Source of the DNA: Anaerolineae bacterium
GTDB taxonomy: Bacteria; Chloroflexota; Anaerolineae; UBA4142; SHND01
Direction of reading: 5' to 3'
Assembly: GCA_021463195.1 (NCBI GenBank)
Contig: JAJTXZ010000021.1
Span: 6,483-30,482 of the forward strand
DNA: 24,000 nt
Shown here: positions 15,859 to 24,000 of the stretch, in pieces
How positions within the stretch are numbered: position 1 is the first letter of the stretch
Layout of the letters: each line of letters opens with the position of its first letter
Notes under the pieces: model-generated
What the model saw: the letters and a program-made list of their open reading frames with translations, nothing else
Databases searched by the model: none
Told to the model about the DNA's origin: nothing
Position numbers and translations under genes: made by a program

Positions 15859-15908
15859 GTTTACGCGCGATTTTTTCGCGACTGCGCGTAACGTGAGCTA
15901 CCAACTTG

Positions 15909-17015
15909 TTAGGACACTACCTTGTTGCGTTTTTTATCCGCGTGACGTTCTAACGCCAGCTGGATTAAACGGTCAATCAACTGCGGATAAGCCAAACCGC
16001 TCGCTTGCCACATTTTCGGATACATCGAAACAGCGGTAAAACCGGGCAGTGTGTTAATTTCATTGACCAAAATTTTGCCGTCGCGTCGGTCAATAAAGAA
16101 ATCCACCCGCGCCATGCCGCAGCAATCAATCGCCTGAAACGCGCGCACCGCCAATTCTTGCACCGCGCGCGTCTGTTCGCCCGACAACTCTGCCGGCACA
16201 ATCAAGCGCGTATGCGCGTCCGCGTATTTCGCGTCATAATCGTAAAATTCGCGCTCAGGAATCACTTCGCCGGGCAGCGAAGCAATGGGCGCGTCATTAC
16301 CCAAAACGCTGCATTCGATTTCACGCGCGTCCACCGCGCGTTCGATAATTATTTTGCGATCATACTGCGCCGCGTTCGACAACGCCTGCGTCAATTCATC
16401 CCAGTTGCGCGCTCTGCTGATGCCGACGCTCGAGCCAAGATTCGCGGGTTTCACAAAACACGGATACTGAATCGTCGTCTCGATTTCGTGAATCGTTTCT
16501 TCCGGATCATGTTCCCATCTGCGTCGCAGCGCCACGAGATATTCGGCGACAGGCAAACCGGCATTGCGAAACAGCGCCTTCATCAGTTGCTTGTCCATGC
16601 CCACCGCGCTCGCCGCGACGCCCGCGCCCACATACGGCAAAGCCGCGAGTTCGAGCAATCCTTGCAGCGTGCCATCTTCGCCATTCGGACCGTGAATCAA
16701 CGGAAAAACGACATCCACATTTTTATTCAGCGTTTCCGTCGTCGTCATTTCCGTCGCGCTATGCGAAACCATGGCGCGGCTTGCGCCGTTCGCGTCAGCC
16801 GCCGCTTGCAATAACGGCGACTGGGTGGCATTCACCAGTTGTTTCAACGGATTGCCGCCCGTCAACCACTCGCCCTGTTTGGTGACGCCAATCAACACCG
16901 GCTCGTATTTTTCCGCATCGAGCGCGCGCAAAACGGACTGCGCCGAAGCGAGCGAAACTTCATGTTCGCCCGACTTGCCGCCAAAAATCAGACCGACGCG
17001 AATTTTTTGTGTCAT
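15909..17015 (-). CDS. ddl: D-alanine--D-alanine ligase
   Basis: MTQKIRVGLIFGGKSGEHEVSLASA plus ATP-grasp motifs (FVKPANLGSSVGIS, EINTLPGFT). The start at 17015 lies 10 nt after the murB stop. The track's longer ORF overlaps murB. Confidence 0.95.
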   Translation of the reverse strand: MTQKIRVGLIFGGKSGEHEVSLASAQSVLRALDAEKYEPVLIGVTKQGEWLTGGNPLKQLVNATQSPLLQAAADANGASRAMVSHSATEMTTTETLNKNVDVVFPLIHGPNGEDGTLQGLLELAALPYVGAGVAASAVGMDKQLMKALFRNAGLPVAEYLVALRRRWEHDPEETIHEIETTIQYPCFVKPANLGSSVGISRARNWDELTQALSNAAQYDRKIIIERAVDAREIECSVLGNDAPIASLPGEVIPEREFYDYDAKYADAHTRLIVPAELSGEQTRAVQELAVRAFQAIDCCGMARVDFFIDRRDGKILVNEINTLPGFTAVSMYPKMWQASGLAYPQLIDRLIQLALERHADKKRNKVVS

Positions 17016-17025
17016 GCGCGATTCA

Positions 17026-17925
17026 TCATCCGTTACGCGAAAATCCGACCAACTGAATTTCCAATTCCAATTCCACTTTGAATTTCTCGCGCACCGCCGC
17101 TTGCGTCCATTCCACCAAACGCAGAACCTCGCGCGCGGTCGCGCCGCCAAGATTCACAAAAAAATTCGCATGGACGTTCGAAACCTGGACGTTACCGACG
17201 CGCTGCCCTTTCATGCCCGCCGCGTCAATCAAACGACCCGCGTAATCGCCCGGCGGATTCTTGAACATCGAGCCAACGCTCGGGTCAGTCGGCTGCGTGC
17301 GGCGGCGCTGTTCGGTATATTGACTCATCCGCGCAATGCAGTTGGCAGGTTCATCGCGCCGCAATTCAAATTCCGCGCGCAATACCACCGCGTCGTTTGG
17401 ATATTGTTTCAAAACACTCGCGCGATAAGCGTACTGCAATTCGTCGCGCCTCCACCAACGCGAATTATTTTGCGAATCCAAAATTTCCGCGCGCGTCAAA
17501 ATGTCGCTCAGCGCGCTGCCGTGCGCGCCCGCATTCGTCACCACCGCGGCGCCAACGGTGCCCGGTACGCCAATCGCCCACTCTAATCCGCGCCAACCTT
17601 GTCGCGCCAACCGATTCGCCAACCCCGGCAGCGGCGCGCCGCTATCAGCGGTCACGCGCAAAATTTCCCCGCGCGCGCTTGAATTCTCCTGAACCGCGTC
17701 GGCGTGATTTTTAATCACCAAGCCGCGCACACCTGCGTCGCTCACGAGAATATTAGAACCATTGCCGAGTATAAAAATCTCGAGCTCGCGCGCCCTGCCC
17801 CATCGTACCGCTTGCGTCAATTCGGCGCGTGAATTTACGCGCGTAAAATATTCCGCTGGGCCGCCGATGCGAAAAGTGGTATGTCGCGCCAGCGTTTCGC
17901 CGCGCGCAATATTCGTTTCCAACAT
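17026..17925 (-). CDS. murB: UDP-N-acetylenolpyruvoylglucosamine reductase
   Basis: LARHTTFRIGGPAEYF, the FAD-binding region ILGNGSNILVSD, and SVGSMFKNP / AGRLID motifs. 299 aa. Confidence 0.95.
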   Translation of the reverse strand: MLETNIARGETLARHTTFRIGGPAEYFTRVNSRAELTQAVRWGRARELEIFILGNGSNILVSDAGVRGLVIKNHADAVQENSSARGEILRVTADSGAPLPGLANRLARQGWRGLEWAIGVPGTVGAAVVTNAGAHGSALSDILTRAEILDSQNNSRWWRRDELQYAYRASVLKQYPNDAVVLRAEFELRRDEPANCIARMSQYTEQRRRTQPTDPSVGSMFKNPPGDYAGRLIDAAGMKGQRVGNVQVSNVHANFFVNLGGATAREVLRLVEWTQAAVREKFKVELELEIQLVGFSRNG

Positions 17926-17932
17926 TGCGCCG

Positions 17933-18673
17933 CTATGTCGCCGCCGTCCCGGTCAGTCGCGTCAACGCCATAAATACACCCGCCATGCCCCAAAAAATGC
18001 CAAACACCAAATTCGTCGTAAGCAAATTTCCGAACGCGTACAATCCCAAAAACATCAAGCCCAACGCGTTGGCGGTTTCCGTCGGCAACACAAAGAGCGC
18101 AATCAGCACCGCTTCCAATAAACCGCGCCAGAACGCGCGCCGACTGTGCAATCCGCCGCCCATAAAAATCAAGACAAAGAGAAAAAACATCATGACCCAA
18201 AAACCGACCAGCGGATTTTCAATCACGATATTGCCCGCGCCCTCCAACGGCGCTACATTCGTCAGACCGATAATGTACGCTTCGACGCGCAAAATAAAAT
18301 AGAGCGCCAACAGCGTCAAAATATCATCGCCGAGCGCCGAACTCTTGAGCGCGCGCACATACAGCGCCACCGCGCCGCCCAAGACGAGCAGTCCCACCAC
18401 CACCGCAAGCACCCACGCGTGCACTTGGATCGAACCAATCGCAAACAGCGCCGCGTTCGGATTGAATTGGACCGAGTTTTCGATATTTTGCGCGATGCTG
18501 TCAATCCACTGATTCAAACCCTTGACCAAACTAAAGGGAAAAGTGTTCGGCGAAAAAAAACCGCTATCGCGAAAAAAACCGGCTATCGTCGGCAGCCACG
18601 ACGACAAAAAGACTGACGTGGTTAACGTCGCCCACCAATAAATCCAATTTCGCGACCCCAATACATCACGCAT
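17933..18673 (-). CDS. Uncharacterised polytopic membrane protein (~6-7 TM) embedded in the dcw cluster
   Basis: 246-aa ORF. Its ATG overlaps the murC stop (ATGCGTGA, 8-nt overlap) and its stop lies 7 nt before the murB ATG. It has strongly hydrophobic segments and no motif I recognise. Confidence 0.75.
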   Translation of the reverse strand: MRDVLGSRNWIYWWATLTTSVFLSSWLPTIAGFFRDSGFFSPNTFPFSLVKGLNQWIDSIAQNIENSVQFNPNAALFAIGSIQVHAWVLAVVVGLLVLGGAVALYVRALKSSALGDDILTLLALYFILRVEAYIIGLTNVAPLEGAGNIVIENPLVGFWVMMFFLFVLIFMGGGLHSRRAFWRGLLEAVLIALFVLPTETANALGLMFLGLYAFGNLLTTNLVFGIFWGMAGVFMALTRLTGTAAT

Positions 18674-20066
18674 AATTTTCCCGCATCAGTCGCGCCGCAA
18701 GCTGATTTACATCCCCCGCGCCGAGCGTCACTACCACATCCCCTGCCCGCAATTCATTTCGCAAAATAACTTCGGCTTGTTCCAGACTCGCCGCGAACCG
18801 CGTCTTGCGCGCTTGCATTCGTTCCGCCAAAGTCCGGCTGCTCAAACCCAATACATTTTGCTCGCGCGCCGCGTAAATCTCTGTGACCAGTACATGATCG
18901 GCATCGTCAAAGGCATTGACAAATTCATCCCACAACGCGTTCGTCCGCGTAAAAGTGTGCGGTTGAAATACCGCCCAAATTTTGGCGTCAGGGAAACGCG
19001 TCCGCGCCGCGCGCAAGGTCGCGCGAATTTCAGTCGGATGATGCGCGTAATCGTCAATAATCGTCGCGCCGTGAAATGCGCCGCGAATCTGAAAGCGTCG
19101 CCCGACGCCGTGAAATTTCGCCAAAGCCGCGCGCGCGCGATCGAACGACGCGCCGATCAAGCGTGTTACCGCCAGCGCGGCGAGCGCATTCAACACATTA
19201 TGCGCGCCCGGCGTCGCGAGCGCGATTTCGCCCAACCCCTGCCCGGCATGATTCACCAGAAAACTCATTCCGCCCTGCGCGTTCGATTTGACTGTCACCG
19301 CGCGCCAAACATTATCCGCCGTCAAACCGTAGGTCACAACCGCGCGCCCGCTTGACCTTGCCAGCGCGCGCGCGACGCGCTCATCGCCGCATACCACCAG
19401 CGCGCCGTCCGCGCGCGTCTGCGCCATAAATCGCGCGAAAACATTTTGATACGCGTCGCGCGTCGGAAACAAATCCGGATGATCGTAATCCACATTGGTC
19501 ACAACCGCGACAAATGGTTCCAAGCCCTCAAAGGCGTAATCGTATTCATCCGCTTCAATCACAAACCATTCCGAATTGCCCACCTGCGCGTTAGTTTGCC
19601 ATTCGGGAATCGTTCCGCCGACGACCACGGTCGGGTCCAAATCCGCGGCGGTCAACATCAACGCCAACATCGCCGTCGTCGTCGTTTTGCCATGCGACCC
19701 CGCCACCGCAATCGTTTTATAGCCCGCCGTTATCTCGCGCAAAAATTCGCGTCGCTTCAAGACGGGAATATTTTGTAAATGCGCCGCGACCATTTCAGGA
19801 TTATCTATCGCCGCCGCCGAAGTAATAACCACTGCGTCCGCGCCCGCGATATTTTCCGCGGCATGTCCGACAAAAATTTTCGCGCCCGCGTTTTCCAATT
19901 CGCGCAAGACTGCCGACGGCTTGGCGTCCGAACCGCTGACGATAGCGCCGCGCCCCAACATCACCCGCGCCAACGCCGACAAACCCGCGCCGCCAATACC
20001 GACAAAATGAATATGTCGCCCGCGCCACGCTTTAGCCAGAGGCGGTTGGCGTTGAAACCCATTCAC
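18666..20066 (-). CDS. murC: UDP-N-acetylmuramate--L-alanine ligase
   Basis: HIHFVGIGGAGLSALA and the Mur ligase P-loop AVAGSHGKTTTTAM. 466 aa. A 4-nt ATGA overlap joins it to murG. Confidence 0.95.
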   Translation of the reverse strand: MNGFQRQPPLAKAWRGRHIHFVGIGGAGLSALARVMLGRGAIVSGSDAKPSAVLRELENAGAKIFVGHAAENIAGADAVVITSAAAIDNPEMVAAHLQNIPVLKRREFLREITAGYKTIAVAGSHGKTTTTAMLALMLTAADLDPTVVVGGTIPEWQTNAQVGNSEWFVIEADEYDYAFEGLEPFVAVVTNVDYDHPDLFPTRDAYQNVFARFMAQTRADGALVVCGDERVARALARSSGRAVVTYGLTADNVWRAVTVKSNAQGGMSFLVNHAGQGLGEIALATPGAHNVLNALAALAVTRLIGASFDRARAALAKFHGVGRRFQIRGAFHGATIIDDYAHHPTEIRATLRAARTRFPDAKIWAVFQPHTFTRTNALWDEFVNAFDDADHVLVTEIYAAREQNVLGLSSRTLAERMQARKTRFAASLEQAEVILRNELRAGDVVVTLGAGDVNQLAARLMRENYA

Positions 20067-21163
20067 GCGCGCGCCTCTTGCAGCAGTTGGACAATGCGCT
20101 GCGCCGCGTCCGGTCGCGCCAATGCCCGCGCGGCGCGCCGCATCGTCTCTAATCGCGCGCGGTCATTCAACAAGCGCAAGAGCGTCGGCGCGAAATCCGT
20201 CTCTAATTTTTCCTCTGCCAAAATTAGCGCCGCGTCACGCGCCGCGAGAAATGCCGCGTTCTTGCTCTGATGACCCTGCGCGAACATTCCCGGAATCAAA
20301 ATGCTCGGCGCGCCCACCGCCGGAAATTCGCCGAGCGTCGCCGCGCCAGCGCGCGCCACAATCACATCCGCCGCCGCGAGCGCGAGCGGCATGTCCGCGT
20401 CCAGATATTCAAACACGCGATAACGCGCTTGCGCTTGAGCATCCAGCTGCGCGCGCGCCGCCTCGAGCGCGGCTCGGTCATGCGCGCCGCAAATATGCAG
20501 CGTCTGCGTCGCCGCCGTCAGCGCTTTTAAATTCGCGCGCGCGCTTTCATTCAACGCGTGCGCGCCTTGACTGCCGCCAAAAATCGTCACCACCGGAAAA
20601 TTCATATCCAGTTGGAAATGTGCGCACCCCGCCGCGCGCGTCGCTTGAAAAAACGCTTGGCGCACCGGATAACCGGTCACCGTCGCGCGTCCGCGCGGAA
20701 AAAATTCTAAAACTTGCTCAAACGAAACCGCGACTTGGCGACTAAATCGCCAGGTCGCCCGAATCGCCCAGCCCGGCTCCAAATCAGGCAACTCGATTAC
20801 GACCGGAATTTTTTTGCGCCACGCCGCCCAAATCACTGGAGCGCTCACGTAACCGCCGGTCGCTAGCGCCACATCGGGCTTGAAACGTTCCAATTCGCGC
20901 GCCGCCAGCTTGGACGCTTGAAACAGCCGCGCGATATTTTGCGCTTGCGTCGCAAAGGTTTTGCCGCGCACGCCGCCGACGCGCATTCCTACAAACGGAA
21001 GGTTCAGCTTTGCCGCGATGCGCTGCTCTACGCTCGCGTCGCGTCCGAGATAGAGAACCTCATGCGTCTGGCGCGTTGTCGTTGGCGCGGCGAGTTGTTC
21101 CAGCACGGCGACGAGCGGATACACGTGTCCGCCGGTTCCGCCCCCCGTAACTAATAGTCGCAT
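20063..21163 (-). CDS. murG: UDP-N-acetylglucosamine--N-acetylmuramyl-(pentapeptide) pyrophosphoryl-undecaprenol N-acetylglucosamine transferase
   Basis: MRLLVTGGGTGGHVYP, a GT28 N-terminal signature. 366 aa, in the expected position after ftsW. Confidence 0.95.
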   Translation of the reverse strand: MRLLVTGGGTGGHVYPLVAVLEQLAAPTTTRQTHEVLYLGRDASVEQRIAAKLNLPFVGMRVGGVRGKTFATQAQNIARLFQASKLAARELERFKPDVALATGGYVSAPVIWAAWRKKIPVVIELPDLEPGWAIRATWRFSRQVAVSFEQVLEFFPRGRATVTGYPVRQAFFQATRAAGCAHFQLDMNFPVVTIFGGSQGAHALNESARANLKALTAATQTLHICGAHDRAALEAARAQLDAQAQARYRVFEYLDADMPLALAAADVIVARAGAATLGEFPAVGAPSILIPGMFAQGHQSKNAAFLAARDAALILAEEKLETDFAPTLLRLLNDRARLETMRRAARALARPDAAQRIVQLLQEARA

Positions 21164-22388
21164 TCTTTTTTGCCGCAGCTAAATTTTCTTTGGTCGCGGG
21201 CGCGCTGCCCACCGTCGGCGCGCTCTTGACAATCGGCGGCTTGGGCATGGCGCGCGAAATGCTCAACAAAATACCAATGCTTGCCAAACCCATAATGAGC
21301 GAAGAACCGCCGTATGAAATGAATGGCAGCGGCTGCCCGGTAAACGGAATCAGCTGCGTGACCACCCCCATATTGACAAATGCTTGGAGCGTCAGCCAAA
21401 AGGTGATGCCCGCCGCGAGCACACGCCCAAAATCATCGGGCGCTTTTTGCGAAATCCGCAAGCCGCGATACGCCAACGCCACAAACAATACCACCAAAAG
21501 CGTCGCGCCCACCCAGCCCGTCTCTTCACCCCAAATCGCAAAGATGCCGTCCGAATGCGCGAGCGGCACATAACCGTATTGCCCGCCGCCCGTGCCTAAA
21601 CCTTTGCCCAAGATACCGCCCGACGATAACGCAATCAACGTTTGCGCGACCTGCCACGAGCCATCTGTCAATTCTTTGGTCGGATCCATAAACAATGTCG
21701 CCAAACGCGCCATCGCGCGCTCGGATTGCAGAACCACGAGCGCCGCCGCCGCCGTCGCCACAAACGCCGAACCGACAAATTGTTTCAAATCCGCGCCCGC
21801 GAGAAAAAACATCGTAAACGCGACACCCACAATCAACAGCGCGGTGCTATAGTTCGGCTGCATAATAATCAAGCCCGCGACAATCCCCACCAAAATCGCG
21901 AACGGCAAAAGCCCATACAGCGGATTGCGTAATTTTTTTCCTTTGGAGGCGAGCCACGCCGCGACATAAATAATCATGACCAACTTGGCGATTTCGCCAG
22001 GTTGCATCGAGGGGCCAATGAGCCAACGTTTCGCGCCCTGCACCTCATCGCCAAACAACAGCAACAACACGAGCAGCGTCAACGTGCCCAACATCATCCA
22101 CACCGCGCCGCGCTGCAAAAAATGATAATCGAGCCGCGCGCAAATCAACAACATGCACACGCCAATGCCCAACATCATCAAATGCCGTTCCACCAAACTG
22201 AACGGGTCGGCATCGCCTGTCTGCAAATTGGGTCCAACCGAGACACTATAAATCATCAGCGTCCCAATCAAGAGCAGCGCGCCGACGATAACGGCTAGCG
22301 CATAATCCGCCGGGCGCGCGCCGCGCGTCCACAGGCGCGCGCGGACCGTATTGAACCATGAAGATTGAACAGTTACCGGAAGTGTCAC
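21060..22388 (-). CDS. ftsW: Lipid II flippase / peptidoglycan glycosyltransferase FtsW (SEDS family)
   Basis: About 10 TM segments and SEDS motifs (IGPSMQPGEIAKL, PLAHSDGIFA, GQPLPFISYGGSS). The start is uncertain. I choose GTG 22388, preceded by GGAGATGGGGGA and 28 nt after the murD stop. The track's ATG at 22514 would overlap murD by ~100 nt. The 3' end overlaps murG by 104 nt. Confidence 0.85.
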   Translation of the reverse strand: MTLPVTVQSSWFNTVRARLWTRGARPADYALAVIVGALLLIGTLMIYSVSVGPNLQTGDADPFSLVERHLMMLGIGVCMLLICARLDYHFLQRGAVWMMLGTLTLLVLLLLFGDEVQGAKRWLIGPSMQPGEIAKLVMIIYVAAWLASKGKKLRNPLYGLLPFAILVGIVAGLIIMQPNYSTALLIVGVAFTMFFLAGADLKQFVGSAFVATAAAALVVLQSERAMARLATLFMDPTKELTDGSWQVAQTLIALSSGGILGKGLGTGGGQYGYVPLAHSDGIFAIWGEETGWVGATLLVVLFVALAYRGLRISQKAPDDFGRVLAAGITFWLTLQAFVNMGVVTQLIPFTGQPLPFISYGGSSLIMGLASIGILLSISRAMPKPPIVKSAPTVGSAPATKENLAAAKKNATISYGGRNRRTRVSARRRAGTTRRANDNAPDA

Positions 22389-22416
22389 GCGTCCCCCATC
22401 TCCGCAATCCGCTCTT

Positions 22417-23805
22417 TTATAACGCCAACGCCAACGCGCGAAACATATCGCCGCGTTCAAATTCATTCGCGAACATGCCAAAGCTCGCCGCGCCCGGCGA
22501 AAGCAAAACGGCATCTCCCGCCCGCGCCAAACTTTTGCCCGCCGCGAGCGCTTGCGCCAAATCTTGCGCGCGCGCCGCGATTTGCGCGCGCGCGTCGCGC
22601 GCTATCAACGCGCGTTCGATTTTTTCTGTCGCGCTGCCCGCTAACAAAATGACTTGGGCGTTCGTTTCCAAAATCACTTTCGCCAGCCCATCGTACGGCA
22701 ATCCTTTATCGGCGCCGCCCGCAATCAAAAAGATTTTTCCGCCGCGCGGCGCCAACGTTTGCAGCGCCGCAATCGTCGCGTGCGGCGCAGTCGCTGTTGT
22801 GTCGTTAATGTATCGTACGCCGTCCAATTCGCGCACCAGCTCCAAACGATGCGGCGCGCCGCGAAATTCGCGCAACGCCTCTGCAATGATTGAATGCGGC
22901 GCGCCCCACGCGTGCGTCAACGCGAGCGCCGCGAGCGCGTTTTCGATATTGTGCTGTCCCGCCGGCAGCGCCGCGATGGGCAATATCCGCTCCAACTTGC
23001 CCGCCTCATTCCACACCAGCCAATCGCGCTCCAAGCGCGCGCCATCTTTTAACGCGCGCGCGCGGCTGAACCAAATCACTTGAGCCATTGCTTTTGGACG
23101 CAAGCGGGTGCAAATGCTATTGTCAAAGTTCAGAATTAAAAAATCGCGCGGTTGTTGATGCAAAAAAATTTGCGCTTTTGCCCATGTGTATTCGTCCATA
23201 TCGCGATAACGATTCAGATGGTCGGGATAGACATTGGTGAGCGCCGCGAGATGCGGACTGCGTTTCAATTCCTCGAATTCTTCAAGCTGAAACGACGACA
23301 TTTCCAAAACCACCGGCGTAGTCGCGTCAATTTGGTCAAGCAGTTCGAGCGCCGACACGCGCAGATTGCCCGCGATAACGGTCTTGGGATGCGCGCGTTT
23401 CAAAATCGCGCCGGTCATCAGCGTCGTCGTCGTTTTGCCTTTTGTGCCTGTGATGCCAATCACCTGCTCCATCCCACGCGGCAGCAGCTCGGTGAACAAA
23501 CCCAATTCCATCCGAATCGGAATCTTGTTTTCGCGCGCGATTTGCAAATAGCGCGATTCGCGCGGCACGCCCGGGTTGCGAATCACCAAATCGGCGTTTT
23601 CAAAATCGCGCGCGCGGTGTTCGCCCAAAACAAACTCGACGTTTTTCAAATCAATTTGTTCAAGCGTCGGTTTCAAATCATCTTCTTTTTTAAGGTCCGT
23701 CACCGTCACACGCGCGCCCTGTTTCAACAACCAACGCGTCACGCCCAAACCGCCGCCGTGCAAACCAAGCCCCATGACCAGCACGCGTTTATTTTTTAAT
23801 TCCAT
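22417..23805 (-). CDS. murD: UDP-N-acetylmuramoylalanine--D-glutamate ligase
   Basis: MELKNKRVLVMGLGLHGGG, the P-loop GITGTKGKTTTT and a Mur ligase C-domain. I use the start at 23805 (MELKNK); the track's 25 extra codons overlap mraY. Confidence 0.95.
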   Translation of the reverse strand: MELKNKRVLVMGLGLHGGGLGVTRWLLKQGARVTVTDLKKEDDLKPTLEQIDLKNVEFVLGEHRARDFENADLVIRNPGVPRESRYLQIARENKIPIRMELGLFTELLPRGMEQVIGITGTKGKTTTTLMTGAILKRAHPKTVIAGNLRVSALELLDQIDATTPVVLEMSSFQLEEFEELKRSPHLAALTNVYPDHLNRYRDMDEYTWAKAQIFLHQQPRDFLILNFDNSICTRLRPKAMAQVIWFSRARALKDGARLERDWLVWNEAGKLERILPIAALPAGQHNIENALAALALTHAWGAPHSIIAEALREFRGAPHRLELVRELDGVRYINDTTATAPHATIAALQTLAPRGGKIFLIAGGADKGLPYDGLAKVILETNAQVILLAGSATEKIERALIARDARAQIAARAQDLAQALAAGKSLARAGDAVLLSPGAASFGMFANEFERGDMFRALALAL

Positions 23806-23825
23806 GTCAGGGGTTAAACGTTCAA

Positions 23826-24000
23826 CTATAACAACGCCAGCGCGACGCCCAACATCGCCGCGAGCAAACCGACGAGCCAAAAACGCTGCACCACTTGCAT
23901 TTCCGACCAGCCCAGCAGCAAAAAATGATAATGAATCGGCGTCTTTTTAAAAAGACGTTTGCCTTTGGTCAACTTGAAATAACCCACTTGGAGAATCACC
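23826..24000 (-). CDS. mraY: Phospho-N-acetylmuramoyl-pentapeptide transferase, C-terminal 57 codons (5' part lies beyond the window end)
   Basis: Absent from the ORF track because it is edge-truncated. Hand translation gives [57 protein letters not shown]. The P(I)HHHF-type xLxGWxE..VV.RFW motif is the MraY C-terminus. The stop is TAG at 23828..23826. Confidence 0.9.
   Translation of the reverse strand, partial: VILQVGYFKLTKGKRLFKKTPIHYHFLLLGWSEMQVVQRFWLVGLLAAMLGVALALL

Noticed and set aside
22389-22514. Extended FtsW N-terminus from ATG 22514 (MPFCFRRARRALACSRMNLNAAICFARWRWRYKRADCGDGGR)
   Set aside because: It would overlap the murD 3' end by ~100 nt, and its Cys/Arg/Trp-rich sequence looks like an off-frame translation of murD. 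GTG 22388 with an upstream GGAG, 28 nt after the murD stop, is more plausible, but the start remains uncertain.

Overview
This window looks like core chromosome from a moderately GC-rich bacterium. The PdtaS/PdtaR pair, a Ppm-type mannosyltransferase and murB sitting inside the dcw cluster suggest Terrabacteria, possibly Chloroflexota, but that guess is low confidence. Only two genes are on the + strand: a GT2 polyprenol-phosphate mannosyltransferase and a large polytopic membrane protein. Everything else is on the - strand. From left to right the window holds: the 5' half of rpoB (open at the window edge and absent from the ORF track; I translated it by hand), an ANTAR response regulator with its PdtaS-type histidine kinase, tRNA-Pro(GGG), class II (B12) ribonucleotide reductase nrdJ, nrdR with tandem NrdR boxes, and two tandem paralogous Yip1-domain membrane proteins. 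A nearly complete dcw cluster follows; in transcription order it is mraY(partial)-murD-ftsW-murG-murC-[unknown membrane protein]-murB-ddl-ftsQ-ftsA-ftsZ. I see no mobile elements, CRISPR arrays, defence genes or toxin-antitoxin genes. The less ordinary signals are non-coding. The first is a dense array of GGAACGG repeats with a perfect 37-nt palindrome, followed by an extended -10 promoter and a ~320-nt structured, terminator-ended leader in front of the Yip1 paralogs. The second is a 350-nt structured spacer with mutually exclusive helices and a terminator between nrdR and nrdJ. The third is a long rpoB leader with a consensus promoter, a possible 21-codon leader ORF and a terminator-like hairpin. 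The fourth is a tRNA terminator only 24 nt upstream of the kinase start codon. On the coding side, an uncharacterised polytopic membrane protein is translationally coupled inside the dcw cluster. All functional interpretations of the non-coding elements are inference. No database or covariance-model search could be run.
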